A program made the position numbers and the translations under genes. A stretch of DNA of 64,000 nucleotides from positions 186,001 to 250,000 of the forward strand of contig JBEWZL010000300.1 of assembly GCA_045837725.1 (NCBI GenBank). The letters run 5' to 3'. Positions 1 to 12,289 of the stretch are shown here, one piece after another. The notes beneath the pieces were generated by a model. It worked only from the letters and a program-made list of their open reading frames with translations, had not been told where the DNA came from and did not search any database. Position 1 is the stretch's first letter. The number at the start of each line of letters is the position of its first letter. The DNA comes from Vermamoeba vermiformis. Taxonomy: Eukaryota.

Positions 1-965
1 ATTAAACATCGCTCAGATTCGGTAAGCCTTTTTTCCTTTGGATCGGATGCAATCCAAAATTTCATGTTTGATTGACGCTATAATTAGCGCCGTACACAAA
101 ATTACGTGCCTTTAATCTAATTAATTATATATCAAGGCAAGTCTTTGAAAATGTTGAAAGCGAAGACGGACTGAAAGTGGCGACAGAGATGCTGACACTT
201 GAACGAAAAAAAGAACTCGTCGCGCTATTCGAGCAAGAAATTTCAGAGCTGAATACGAAGCGCGAAGAACATTTCGCCGCTCAACTCAGCAAACTAATCG
301 CTGAGCATATGCCCGCATTGAAAAACAGCGTCGAGCAATTTTGTCAGGACTGCACGCTGTCGTCAAATTTGGAGCGGGAATTTCGCGTGTTATCGGAGCA
401 GATGAAAAAAGTACGCAGCAGCATTGAGAAGTTGCAGCGAGAAATTCGCAAGACCCAAGCGCAGTTGAAATTGCCGTTACGGATCTTGACCAAGACTCAG
501 CACGAGAAGCTCCACGAACAATACACGACCCTGGTAGAGCAATTAGTGACCATCGCGCAACAGTTGCACGAACAAGCCCTGACGCTGGACAAGGGCAATT
601 TGAAAGACGGACTCGTGCACCAAGTCTACGCCAAGTGGCAAGCCATCAAAGAACAGTGGGTGCAAAAAGCCACCAATGAAGCGCGCGAGGCTGACATGCA
701 GATCGACTCGCGCGAGGCAGTGTTCGTAGAAGAAGACCAGTCCGTGGTATTGTACGAGGCAATTAAGAAGATCGGCAATCCCGCCGCGATCAATGACATT
801 TACAAAATCACGTGGGACGACATCATTCACACCGGATTCAGATGCGAGCGTGACTTTGTCGACAAGAGGATTACGTCATTGAAAGAGCTCGAAGACTATA
901 TTACTAAGCAGAAACAAATTGCCACGGAACATGTCGCATCCGAGCAACCTGCCAAGGATAACTAA
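1..965 (+). CDS. 3' part of a coiled-coil protein of unknown function (starts upstream of window)
   Basis: Intron 22-136 (GTAAGC...CAAG); open frame 137-965 with heptad-like E/K/Q/L-rich sequence; no recognisable motif. Confidence 0.6.
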
Positions 966-1103
966 GATTATCTACGAACAACCTTGTTAATTTTGTGATT
1001 AGTGTTAATTTTTGTACATAAAACCACTGTGTTAATTTGTAAATGCTACTTTTAGTCTTTTTACAAGTGTTTCATATGTACATAGTATACGTTTTTTTGT
1101 GTT

Positions 1104-4100
1104 TTAAGGTGACGGCGCCTTCCACTTGAAGAAAACGATAATTACAGTCACGTTGTCCATTGAACCCAAGTCAAGTGCTTTGTTAGCCAACAACGAGCTG
1201 ATTTCTTGTGCGGAGTGACCAGCAGTCTAGATGCAAGATAAGTACACGATCGGAACAAAGAAGCTAGCAATGACTTACCATTCGCTCTGCAACAAAATCG
1301 ACTGCTTCTTGATGCGTCATCTTATCCCACAAACCATCGCAAGCCATAACCATGAACTCGTACTCGTCTGTGAGCTGAAGCTTTTGAAGGTACGGATCTC
1401 GTGATACGTAATCAGCCTTGCATAAAAAATTAGTACTATCACCTGTACAATACACGCGCAGACAGTTCGTCGTTCGGCAAAGGAAGCAAGGAGCAAAAAG
1501 AGAAAAAAAAAAGAGGAATCCGACCTGCCGGAATCGAACCAGCGACCTAAGGATTGATGCTTCACTACAGTCCTCCGCTCTACCGACTGAGCTAAGGTCG
1601 GTTTGTTGAATTGTCTCGTGCCGACCCACTGGAACACACCAGTAAAGCATGCCTGAAACTTAATAGCGAAGACTTGGTAGCGAAGAGCGATGCATCGTGT
1701 ACCCGTAGACCGAAGGAGTCGCTAAATTGTAAGCACGGGCTTAGTCGTTAAAGCATTCAGCAAAACGACGTTCTCACCGCAACATTAAAGTTGACCGTTT
1801 CTCGTAATGTAGGCTTGGTTAAAAACAAAAAAATTTAAAGTTAAATGAACGTTCTCATGCCCGTCGACTTCAGCCGGCAGATAGGCAAAAAAGTAAAAAA
1901 GAAATCTCCAACACCGGGAATCGAACCCGGGTCACCCGCGTGACAGGCGGATATGCTGAACCCCTACACCATGTCGGATTGTTGAACGCGGTTTGAGCTT
2001 TTTTCTGCTCGCGCCAGTTCGGTAAACAAACGAGCACGCAAGCCTGCTGCTTTCCCGGAACCGAACCGTCTATCGCAACTCAATATATCAAAGGGAGTGT
2101 GCTTACCTTGACTTTCGGCATCTTGTATTCGGCGTCACCAAGCGACCGCGCAACAGCCAGCTTGCCATAAATTCTGTTCGCTAGGTAAGTAATTTGAACG
2201 TCGCGTAAGGTGTTTGTTTGGCTGACCTGTGTCGGAATACCATGGCACCTGCAGTAGTGATGCGTTCTTTCTCATCGGGGTTGTCTGGCTTGTGCTTGTG
2301 TGTAATGCAGAGCGCCTCGTAATTTGAAGCGTGCATGTCAGATCGCCTGCACATAAGTTAATAACGGTGACGGTTTCCTCTAAAAATCAAATACGTACTT
2401 GGCTAGAACAGCTTCTGAGTCTCCCAAGTTAGCCACGTACAACTCTTCGCCAATAAGAATTGTCATGACCATTGTCGAGCCACTACCGCAAGGACATTAG
2501 CGCGTTATTTAATAACATTCTAACACTAGACTAGACTTACGCTTCAGGCACATTGTCCAAAATAAACAAGTCCGTCTTCTCTACACCGAGTTTAATAGCT
2601 TCTAGAATATCACCGTCCTCAAACGCGTCTTGTGTGACGATATCGCGGTACAATCGTTGACTAGCGATTTCAGAGGCCTCACTTCCGCTGTGTCCGTCAA
2701 AGACTGCGTACAGCGCACGATTGACATTCTTTGTCAAACCATCAGAGGTCTCGTTCAAATCATCGTACATCGTGATCTAACAATATGCGCATTAATATTA
2801 GCAGTCACCAACAAGAATACAAATATTGTTATTAGTATTAGTACGTACTCTGTCTTCCATCGTGGCTCGTTTGCCTTGCAAAGAAGTATGACCAGCTTCA
2901 ACAGCTGATTTGCAAATACTACCGGGCAAATATCGACGAGCAGAGAGCGGTGCCTTTTCTTCTTGCGCGGCGGTTGTTTTGTTCTTCGTGTAATTCACAA
3001 AATTTTCTTTGAGCGCCTTGAGAGTCTTTGTAATCTCCAACAACTCATCCATATTCGAAGCAGCATCGAGATCAGCGTGAATAGTAACAAGCTGTTTTGA
3101 TAACGCTTGAACTGATGCTTTCAACGAGCTTTTGATCGTCACTAATTTTTGCTTTTGACCAATCAGTTCGGGAGTCTCTTGTACACGCACCAAGGTGCGC
3201 TTGGCTGGGATTTTCTATGAAAATGGAATTAGCCCGGCAGTCCGTATAATATTATATTAACCATATTGATTCATCTTATGTTGTTAGAAAACTTGAGGTG
3301 CGTGGATCTGACTTACAGGAAAAATTTTGTCTGCGTTTTGTATTAATTGTTTAAACACTCGCGTTCGCTTCTTAGTATCAGCCATAGTATCAATAGTCTC
3401 TGTTTGAGTTCTGTATAATTTTTAATTAATTTTTTAATTTTGCAGTTGTATTTTGTAGGTCAAAATGAATTACCGGATCAAGAGTGGTCCAAACATAACA
3501 GCCAATTCGTCCAATGATACTTTGTTAACTGCAGAATAGTCCAGTACTAATCTTAAAAATAAGCACAATACTTCAGCGAGTTTAGCATGGTGCGGAGGAA
3601 GTTCTTTGTGAACGAGATCGCGCAGTACAGAAATTGATCCTGAAAAATTAGGATAAATTAAATAGCTCATTATATATTATATAAATCTTGACCATACCTT
3701 CACTATTGATAAATTGAATATAAAGTCGAGAGGTGAATAAGGGATCTGGCAGCTCGCGGAAATACATTTTCAGCAGTGCGGCAACTACGTGCGGATCGAA
3801 TTTCTCGAAGTCATAATCCTCCTTCTCGTCTATAATAATAAAAGGTGACATAATTAGAAAATAATCAAATAATAAATGCCAAGAGATTCGGTAATTTTGA
3901 ATCTGTTCTTCCCTAACTTTACTTACAGTAATCGACGAGCTTCTTCGCTTCATAAACTAAGTCCGGTTGAGGCATATTAACGAAAATTCCTTCAACGCTG
4001 AGATCTATTGAATAATTAGAACGCGGTCAGGATCCTGAAATTAAATTAAATTTGTCTGCAAGTTATAACACGCAAATCCGGATCTAATCATGATCTCGTG

Positions 4101-4248
4101 TCATCATATTATACGTACGATTTTTCAGGCAAAGAATGAGCTCCTTCACAAAGGTCGGAATCTGTTTTTGCGTTGATCGACTCATAATCGCATCCAGCGA
4201 CACCCCAAATACGGGCAATCGGTGTTCATTCTTCGCTGCAGAGCTCAT
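1104..4248 (-). CDS. RhoGAP domain fused to PP2C/PPM phosphatase, multi-exon
   Basis: N-terminal exons VFGVSL..IPTFVKELI, SVEGIF, DPHVVAALLKMYFRELPDPLF, LAVMFGPLLIR (RhoGAP). C-terminal exons GKRATMED, AVFDGHSG, NLGDSEAVL, LAVARSLGD, MACDGLWD, GSMDNVTV (PP2C). Stop at 1104-1106. Confidence 0.85.
1519..1601 (-). tRNA. trnY-GTA: tRNA-Tyr(GTA) with 10-nt intron after position 37
   Basis: CCGACCT acceptor stem, GAGGA-CTGTAG[TGAAGCATCA]A-TCCTT anticodon arm, GGTTCGATTCC T-arm, downstream T-run terminator. Confidence 0.97.
1906..1978 (-). tRNA. trnD-GTC: tRNA-Asp(GTC)
   Basis: TCCGACA...TGTTGGA-G acceptor stem, TCCGC-CTGTCAC-GCGGG anticodon arm, GGTTCGATTCC, T-run downstream. Confidence 0.97.
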
Positions 4249-4435
4249 TACAATATCATGCGTTGATCCTCTGTCAATATCCTTTTTGAATTGTAGTAAA
4301 ATGACTACAACGGTTATTTGAATCAAAAATCTTCGTGGGCCAAAATCTCTCGGACCAAAACGAATCAAATTACACTCTTTTTGCGCTCAGTTGTAATCCA
4401 TGTGGCAGTAGTATAGACAAGCAATCGATTCTCGA

Positions 4436-5754
4436 ATGAATCATGACGAGGCAGTAATAAATTGGACAAATCTGCCTGAAGAGATCTCGCTTCGAATTTT
4501 TCAGTTCCTTGATGTCCTAAATCTTTCTTTTATTATGGGAAGTTGTAAAGTATGGCGCAAGATAGCAGGCGACGATGTTTTATGGCGTCCAATTGTTGAA
4601 GTATCAATGCACATCTCGCAGCTCAAATATCTTCGCTCAAAATTTCCAGATAATGATTGGCACGGCATATTTTTAAAACAAAAAGAGTCAGAAAAGAATA
4701 AATATATTGACGTAAGTAATGCCCCAATTTAAATCAAATTGACAGCATGAAAAAAATCATTTTCGATCTGCCCGAACGTTATATAACCCTGTGTTCGTAT
4801 TAATTTACTAACGCGTATTATTAGGCGATAGAATTTATAAAAAAGAATGTGAAGAAAGGATTTACCTTCTCGGAGCACTTCTCGGGGATCGGATTGACGA
4901 AATTGCCTCCAGAAATTAGACTCTGGAGTAATGTTACTGCACTAGTACTCGCTAATAATAAGTTGCGAACAATACCACCAGAGTTATGCCTCTTGCACAG
5001 CCTTGAATATCTTTACTTGGTAAGTACGAAGCCCAAGCAAATTCTTTCGACTTGATTTGCATTATATCCGCATTAATTAGCGAAATTATCTATAGTAATG
5101 GAATTACCGACATCATTTCAAATCTTTACGCGTATTGTGTAACGAAATTTTACTGTCGAACACGGATCTTCGATTGGTTTTCCATAGCCTCAAATAAACT
5201 CTTTGTCTTCCATATAATAATATATGTTATACTAATAGGAGCAAAATCTATTGTCGACATTGCCTACTGAATTGATTAAAATCAAAAATCTTGAAAGTTT
5301 GACGTTGGATGGCAATCTCTTCCACGAGATTCCAGCGCCGGTGTATCAATTGAAGAAGTTGAAATACTTGTACGCCAAGAACAATTATATACAAGATGTG
5401 CCGATCGATATCACTGCGCTCAAGCACTTGTCAATTTTGGATCTGAGCGGCAATCAGATCGAGTCCGTCACCCCTGGCATTGGCGTCTTGCATAAATTAA
5501 AAGTCCTATTATTACACAGCAACAAAATCAAGGAGATTCCACCGTCGTTGGTCTCCTTGAAGTATTTGGACATCTTACGCGTCCATAACAATCCCCTAGA
5601 AGAGCCTTTCGCTGTGTATGGCGCCGAACTGAAAATGAGCGCAAAAGAAGAAAAAGAAAAGATAGAGAAGATATTTGGATTGTTAAAAAGCATTCATGGC
5701 GATCCAGCCGCATCCGAATCTTCAACCAAAGAAAAAAAATCGAAGAAGAAATAG
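4436..5754 (+). CDS. F-box + leucine-rich repeat protein (3 exons)
   Basis: WTNLPEEISLRIFQFL...CKVWR F-box; repeated LxxLxLxxNxL LRRs; introns ~4712-4824 and ~5020-5238. Confidence 0.9.
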
Positions 5755-5840
5755 AGCGACCCTAAATACGACTGCGTATATGTAAGTTTAAACCATATTT
5801 ACGTTTATGTTACTTATTTTCGTCTGTACATGAAGTTAAA

Positions 5841-8800
5841 TTAGTTACTCGAAGTATTGACTTTCCAATGTTGCAGGGCAGTTCTATTTATAGTGGCAGC
5901 AGAGGCAATACGAACACGCTAACAAAGCTCACGAGCCATGCATAGCCACAGAGTACCAAGAAGCTCGTTAACGGTGACGCGTACAAGGTGCGCATTGAAA
6001 TGTTGACTAGACCCGTCATAATGTTGGCCTGAGAACAGCGATGTATTATTAGAGCAATGCATAGTTATTATGTAAATAGAGTGTTAATACAAAATCGAGA
6101 AAATATTCAAATGAAGCTCAAAAGATCGAAGTTCAGATTCGGATCTGAACTTTGGCAAACACTTACCAATAAGAATACTATTAATTGACTATTACGTGTG
6201 GCACTGATCGATGACAAGATTAAATTGGGCTTGGGCAGAGTGATCAAATCGACACCGAGACACAACGCCAGGATTTGCAAGTTGATCGTCAACACGAGCA
6301 GAGAATACGGCATATTGGCCTAAATAACACGGTCATTAAGTATAGGCCACGAGTATAAAGGTCATATGTATATATTATACTGTTTAATAATATAGTAACG
6401 TACCATACGTCGTGAAGAAGGAACGCCAAAGCGGATCTGCACGAACGAACAAAGAATCCAAGCGAAGAACGACAGCACGGCTAATGCACCTGCAAATATC
6501 CACCAGCCATTTTTAGACTTGTTTTTGTTCACCCAGAAGCCTGTGGCAAATTGCAATGAGTATTTGAAATTGTTCGGTAATTACTAGTAAAAAGGACTTT
6601 CATACCTAATTCAACGCTCATAAAATAAAGACCTAAGTATCCGAGCAAGCTAATAATGCCTTCGCGATTTTGATTGAAAAAATTCGTTCGCGGCGCGTTG
6701 AGAATGTAATTCTCGACCCCAACATGCGTGAGCAGAACTTGGTACGCTATAAGAAAGAACGATGTTAGCAAATTAAATACAATGACAAAAATATCGTAAT
6801 TAATAAATAAATTGCCCATTTAGCAGACAACAAAACATGAATCCGTGGATTCAAATCTGCGAAATTTATCAAAAAGTTGAACCAGCAGAATAAATAAAAG
6901 CTGTCTTTCTGCCAGGCCAAAAAGGTATCGACGCCGATGGGATTTGAACCCACGCGGGACTTCGTCCCAATGGCTTAGCAAACCATCACCTTAAACCGCT
7001 CGGTCACAGCGTCATTTGTTGAAAGTACGCCAGCGGATCAAGGGTGGTCGTGCAAAAGACAAAGGGTTGCCTCTTCGACCGATCGGACATAAAAAATATT
7101 GCGCGTTGTTTGCCATATAAAGAAATTGGGCTCGATAATACTAAAGTAAATTATAGAATTCCGGATCTCTTACCAACCAAGAGCAAGAAGCCAAATACAC
7201 CAGTGAGGTGCACATCCATATCGAGCACAACAGTCACGAGACCAACAATCGCTAAGGTCAAGAAAAAGTTCCAATGTTCACCGTATTCAGTAACGTGTTC
7301 CTAAAAATTAGATCCGTGTTAGTCACGCACTTTAGACCTCATAAATATAGAGCCTATTGAAAATAACAAACTTGCAAATGCAAATTATATATATAGCCGA
7401 CGGATATATCAGCTTAATAGGTAATACAATGGTATATTAAGTAGTGTCTTGGAGTTTAATTACCTGATAGTTGAGTGCTTTGATGATCGTAAATCTGATC
7501 AGACCAACAGCGAGCAGCAGTGCCATTGCTTTCAATGCTGATTTGGCGCGCTGCAACCCTGTCTGTGGCACATGAGCACGTGACAGTTGCGGTGAACTGA
7601 CAGGTGTCACTTGACCCTGATCTGTTTCATTTGCAGTCATTTCTGCTACTTTCTCTTTGCGATACCGTTCAGCACGTGGACTGCCTGGCTTTTTTGGCGT
7701 TAATTTCGGCGAGTCACGTGACTTGTTCGGTGAACTCTCTTTGTCATTGGCTGAACGCGCCTTTCTCGAGACTAGTGCTCCTGAGACTATAAAACATCCA
7801 ACACCCACATCCATCTATAATATAATATTATAATTAATACCTATTATTTTTGGTTGTTCGAACAACGGTGAATTCACAAGAATTTTTTTTTTGCGGTGTA
7901 GGACGAGTAGATCCGCTATAAAATTAAAGAGGTATAACAGTGGTATATAAATAGACTTACCAAGCTAATGCCGTAAGTTTCAGTCTTCGCATACGCCCGC
8001 GGAAATATTCTAAAATCGACCGCGAGGATTGCAATGCAGGTCAACATCATCATGCCCGAGCGATAGGTGTTCAAATAAGGCTTTTTAGTGCTGTTTAACA
8101 GCTTGACACGATCTTTGTCGTCTTTTGATTCTGCCGGCACGTGATGACTCACCGTGCTCTTCGGCGTCTTGGCTCGCTTGCTAAATATGGATTAATAAGG
8201 ATAATTAATCGGCTTATATAATTAATAATAGTTAAATTGAGAATTGCAACGTCGACACCGGATCTGTCAACGCTGGCAAACATAAAAAAACTTCTGAATT
8301 ACTGCGCAAATAAGGTAAATAGGTATATTATTCGTAAATATATCGTATCAATGCGTTAAATTAATAAAATAAATAAATTGAAGGCAGATCAAGTATTGTT
8401 TTTGAAAACTACTTACGCTGTTGCAAAATTGAAGATAGTAAAGCTGAGCATAATGAAGTACATTACAAATGTAGACTGTGTGAATGTACAACTAACGATT
8501 ATAGGCACAATAGTCGTAATGTAATCGAACATAAACTGAAAGAAAGTGGATCTATTTTCAGCTCGTAAAGATTCGAATCTTTTCATTAAACTCCTTTGAA
8601 ATAGCGTAGTGATCTATAAATAAAATAATAAGAAATTGTTAAATATAATTTACAAATTACAGATGCAGGGCATTTTACCGTTACAACTAATAAATTTAAC
8701 AGTAAGAAGCAGTTTGCAATTATAGAGATGGAATATTGCAGTATAATTAATATGACTCTCAATACATACGGGAACTACGAGAATAACGAGCAGTATTTCT

Positions 8801-8877
8801 TCCAGAGAGGATCCTGACAGATTTGAAACAAAATCCTCTTTCTCTTTCTTGTACGTTAATTCGTCAATATCTGCCAT
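5841..8877 (-). CDS. PIGW: GPI inositol acyltransferase PIG-W/GWT1, multi-exon
   Basis: [92 protein letters not shown]. Confidence 0.95.
6929..7013 (-). tRNA. trnS-GCT: tRNA-Ser(GCT) inside PIG-W intron 6747-7173
   Basis: GACGCTG/CGGCGTC-G acceptor stem, ATGGT-TTGCTAA-GCCAT anticodon arm, long variable arm GGGAC-GAA-GTCCC, GGTTCAAATCC. Confidence 0.96.
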
Positions 8878-9543
8878 ATTTTATACGATAAATAAATTAA
8901 TACTGGTCATTGGTCCTCTGCTTCACCAACGGATAAAAGAATAAAAGAGCAAAAACTTTTCAGCGCCGCCATAAATCGAACACACTGGCCGGTAAACAAT
9001 TACTATCCAGATTAAGAAGAACGATTTTAATAGGGATGACCCTTTATAGTTTCATAGACAGGCAGATCTTGCTTTTTTCGAAATTATTTCATTTTAATTC
9101 ACTTCTTTCATACAGATCGACCTTCTGCCAAGTTAAAGTAATAAAGCCCCACATAACATCTTATTTGATAATATTGTGGCTAAATAAAATTAATTGGGAA
9201 GACAGATCCGATTATAAAAGGATACTCTCAGGGCTACGTACATATTTGGGTAAATCGAGAGTAATTACATTGTAATCGGTTGTATTACAATAATATAAAT
9301 TAATGCTTTGGCGGGGTTTGTACGAGTTTGTACGGTTTGGACGAGTTAAATCTACCGTCAGGGCACGAATAGAACGAATCTGTAGCGAAAAATATTCTAT
9401 CAACTCTAAAATTTATTTATCGAAGGAAATTGCATAGCGCGTGCCGTCGGTACATAAATACCGGCTGGACCTAGGTACATTATTTAAGTGGACATAAATA
9501 CCGTTGTTTCTTCTAGTAGCCGGATTCAAAAGGTTGATTAACG

Positions 9544-9690
9544 TTACTTGCCCAAATTAAGGGTGGTTCCCATGGGAGCGGAGCTGTATTCCACTTGATC
9601 TTGTTGGGCCCAGACGATAGTCACGCAGCCTTCACCTGCTTCCCAAGCATTGAAATTGCAGTAAGGGCGGTCATCCGTATTGTAGTCCAT
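9544..9690 (-). CDS. Small ORF, 48 aa, unknown function
   Basis: MDYNTDDRPYCNFNAWEAGEGCVTIVWAQQDQVEYSSAPMGTTLNLGK; ACC-ATG context; GC-richer than flanks; below ORF-track cutoff. Confidence 0.5.
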   Translation of the reverse strand: MDYNTDDRPYCNFNAWEAGEGCVTIVWAQQDQVEYSSAPMGTTLNLGK

Positions 9691-10034
9691 GGTAGCGGTG
9701 GTAGTGGTGATGTGTAGTGAGCTTGATTGAAATTGATAAAAAAAAAAAAAATTTGTACCAAAAGCGTAAGTTGAGAAAGCGGACCTGCAGATTTTCGCCT
9801 AAAGCGTACGAAATTTCAGAAGGTCCGTTCCCGCGCGGTCGAAATTTGAACTCTATAATTTTAATTACACGGCACTGTATTGAGCGCTTTATTGCTATAA
9901 ATTGATGCTACATTACATGACGATCAATGACGTTAATTTTTTTGTCAAACCCAAAATTTCGTTTAGTTTAGGGGAATGGCCCAATATAATATAATCGTCA
10001 ATATTAGATTAAATAATAAATAAATAATATTCTT

Positions 10035-11969
10035 TTATTTTGTCTTTTCAGTGGATTCAAGCTGTTTCTTCGCGCTCAGCTTCAACACGTACTCGTACAC
10101 CATCAATGTAATGCCCGACGCCGGTGCACTCAACAAAATTCTCGGTAATAATCCTCGCGTTAATGATTTCAATCCTTCTTCAGCGACCATTGTTTTCAGA
10201 CCTTGAAACGTGTTTTTGTACAGCAACGTGTGTTGCGTCACTGTGCCTGGCGCTGCTTTTGCGATGAAATCTTGGGTCTGTAAACGCACTTTAATGACAT
10301 CGATGGGATTGCTCACTAACGATGCGGTGATGCCTTGATAATACTAAGAATTAGTATGACTCATTAGCAACAAAAAAAATTGGATCTGGATCCGTGAAAA
10401 AATTGAACGGAAATTTCGTTGCATAATGATAAAAAGGCATTATTTGACTATATATGGCTATTGCGATTATAAAATAGTGTGAAAAAAGTGAAATTTCACG
10501 TACCTGCAGCAGCACCAGCTGTCGAATGTACTACGGGTGATTTTTCATTTTTGAATTTTTCTCGTAATTTGTCTCGCCAAGTCATAGTCTTATCGCTCTT
10601 AATATTACTGATACTACTAGTATTAACTATATTGGTTGCATTTGCAGCTGTCGTGGTGTCATTTGGTAGCGTTGATATTTTATCGTATTTTCTAGCGTTC
10701 CTCGTGATCAATTGTTTGGCCTTTTCATACGTCACCCACCACGTGGCACTGGCAGGAGCTGCAAAAATAAAATTAATAAAATAACACCTTATAACCAAAT
10801 ATGGTAATATTGATTGAAAATTTATAAATTATATATATTAAACCGAAAATTGATAGAATTAGAGTAAGACTAGTAGTTTAAAGTATAGTGTACCTGTAGC
10901 TAATATACTAGCGCCAAATCCTTTCCATAGTCCTCGAATTCCTTCTTCTTTCGCAATTAGGAAAAATGCTTGCACTCCGTTTTTATATCTTTCGCCGTGT
11001 GTTGAGCTTTGAATCATTAAACGCGATGATACGACGTCTATAGGTACCTGACAATATAAATATTACACTAATAGACAAAACTAGCGGCATTTTATATTTT
11101 TGAAAGTTAGATGCGATTTGTACTGGCAAAATTCTTGATACTATGTACAACTACAACTGTGCATATATTATTTCTGTATTTAATTACGTACCCAAATCAA
11201 TGTAGAAGTGAAATCAGCGATGACTCCGGCGCTCAAACAGACCAATGCACTATCGGTGTTTGGTTCGCCAGAAGGTTTAGCGAATTGTTTGGCTAAATAG
11301 CCTTTAGAGAAGTTATAGGCACCAAAGTATACGAGTTCTGATGGTAGACCCTATTATTAATGCGTTAGAATTAATTGAACGAATTTTCTTTCATTTTGGA
11401 TTTAGATCTCGGCCTTGAAATTGAGCTACGTACCGCTATTTGCCACCATAAATAGCCTATAATTATGTAATATGATTAGTGCGTCGTTAAGCGCGAAGAA
11501 ATTTGGTGAGTTCATTTTGCAGCGCTGAGATCGGATCGTTTACGAATAAATTAATAATACATCAATATTATTCAATATTAATTATTCTTACTATATTAGT
11601 GCTTATTTTTCTTGACGGAGTTCGCGATTTGTGCGATCCGGATCAGCGTGAATTAATTATTACGACATTAATTTCAACAATTTTTAAAATTAATTAAATT
11701 ATTATCCCAATGCTGTCTATTACTATGACATTATACTGACCTTTATATAATCCTCTTAAACCTGATTCTCGCGTCACTTCTTTGAATACACGTGGCAGAT
11801 CCGAAAAGATCTTGACATTGCCTTGTCGCTCGACTTGCATACGAGTCTTTAATAATTTCATCGGGTAAAAAAACACCGATTCGGCAATGGATCCGAGACT
11901 AGCAAACAAAGCAAACTTTTTGACGTCGATCTCTTCGCCATTGGATCCGTGCAGGAGGTTGGAGAACAT
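10035..11969 (-). CDS. Mitochondrial carrier (SLC25 family, SLC25A44-like)
   Basis: Three carrier repeats YPMKLLKTRMQ, VPIDVVSSRLM, NPIDVIKVRLQ with GLRGLYKG, GIRGLWKG, GLKSLTRG. Confidence 0.92.
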
Positions 11970-12289
11970 AAATTAAATATGGATGTATATGTAGTATATA
12001 CAGAACAATAAATAAATACAAAAACAACTGTTTGTGCAGCCTTCGACCGTAGAAAAATTTTGTCGTTTATTTTCACGTGGCTGATCAACCGGTCACAATA
12101 ATTAATCGATATTCAATCTAATTATACTACTATAAGTGCCTCATAATAGTACTATAATTAGCGCGATAATGCAAATTTGAAGGGGTCAGGAATGAATCAC
12201 AGGACAAGAAAAATCCCAGAGTGGACGTTTGAATGCATCGCTGATTAAATAAATTATTGCAAAAATTACAACTTACAATAGCAGCAACA

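Larger units (their letters stand above)
1417..2106 (-). mobile_element. 690-nt spliceosomal intron carrying tRNA-Asp and tRNA-Tyr (copy A of a duplicated intron)
   Basis: Donor CAAG|GTAAGC at 2106, branch TACTAAT, acceptor TGCAAG| at 1417; splicing restores ...YKMPKVK|ADYVSRDP in PP2C. Homologous to 18788-19503. Mobility is inferred. Confidence 0.6.

Noticed and set aside
1264-1650. ORFs spanning the tRNA-Tyr gene (also 18684-19133, 18751-18987, 19258-19666)
   Set aside because: They read through tRNA and intron sequence; only the true host exon portions are coding.
1519-1978. tRNA-derived SINEs or pseudogenes
   Set aside because: Cloverleaves are intact, identical between copies while spacers diverge, and have terminators.
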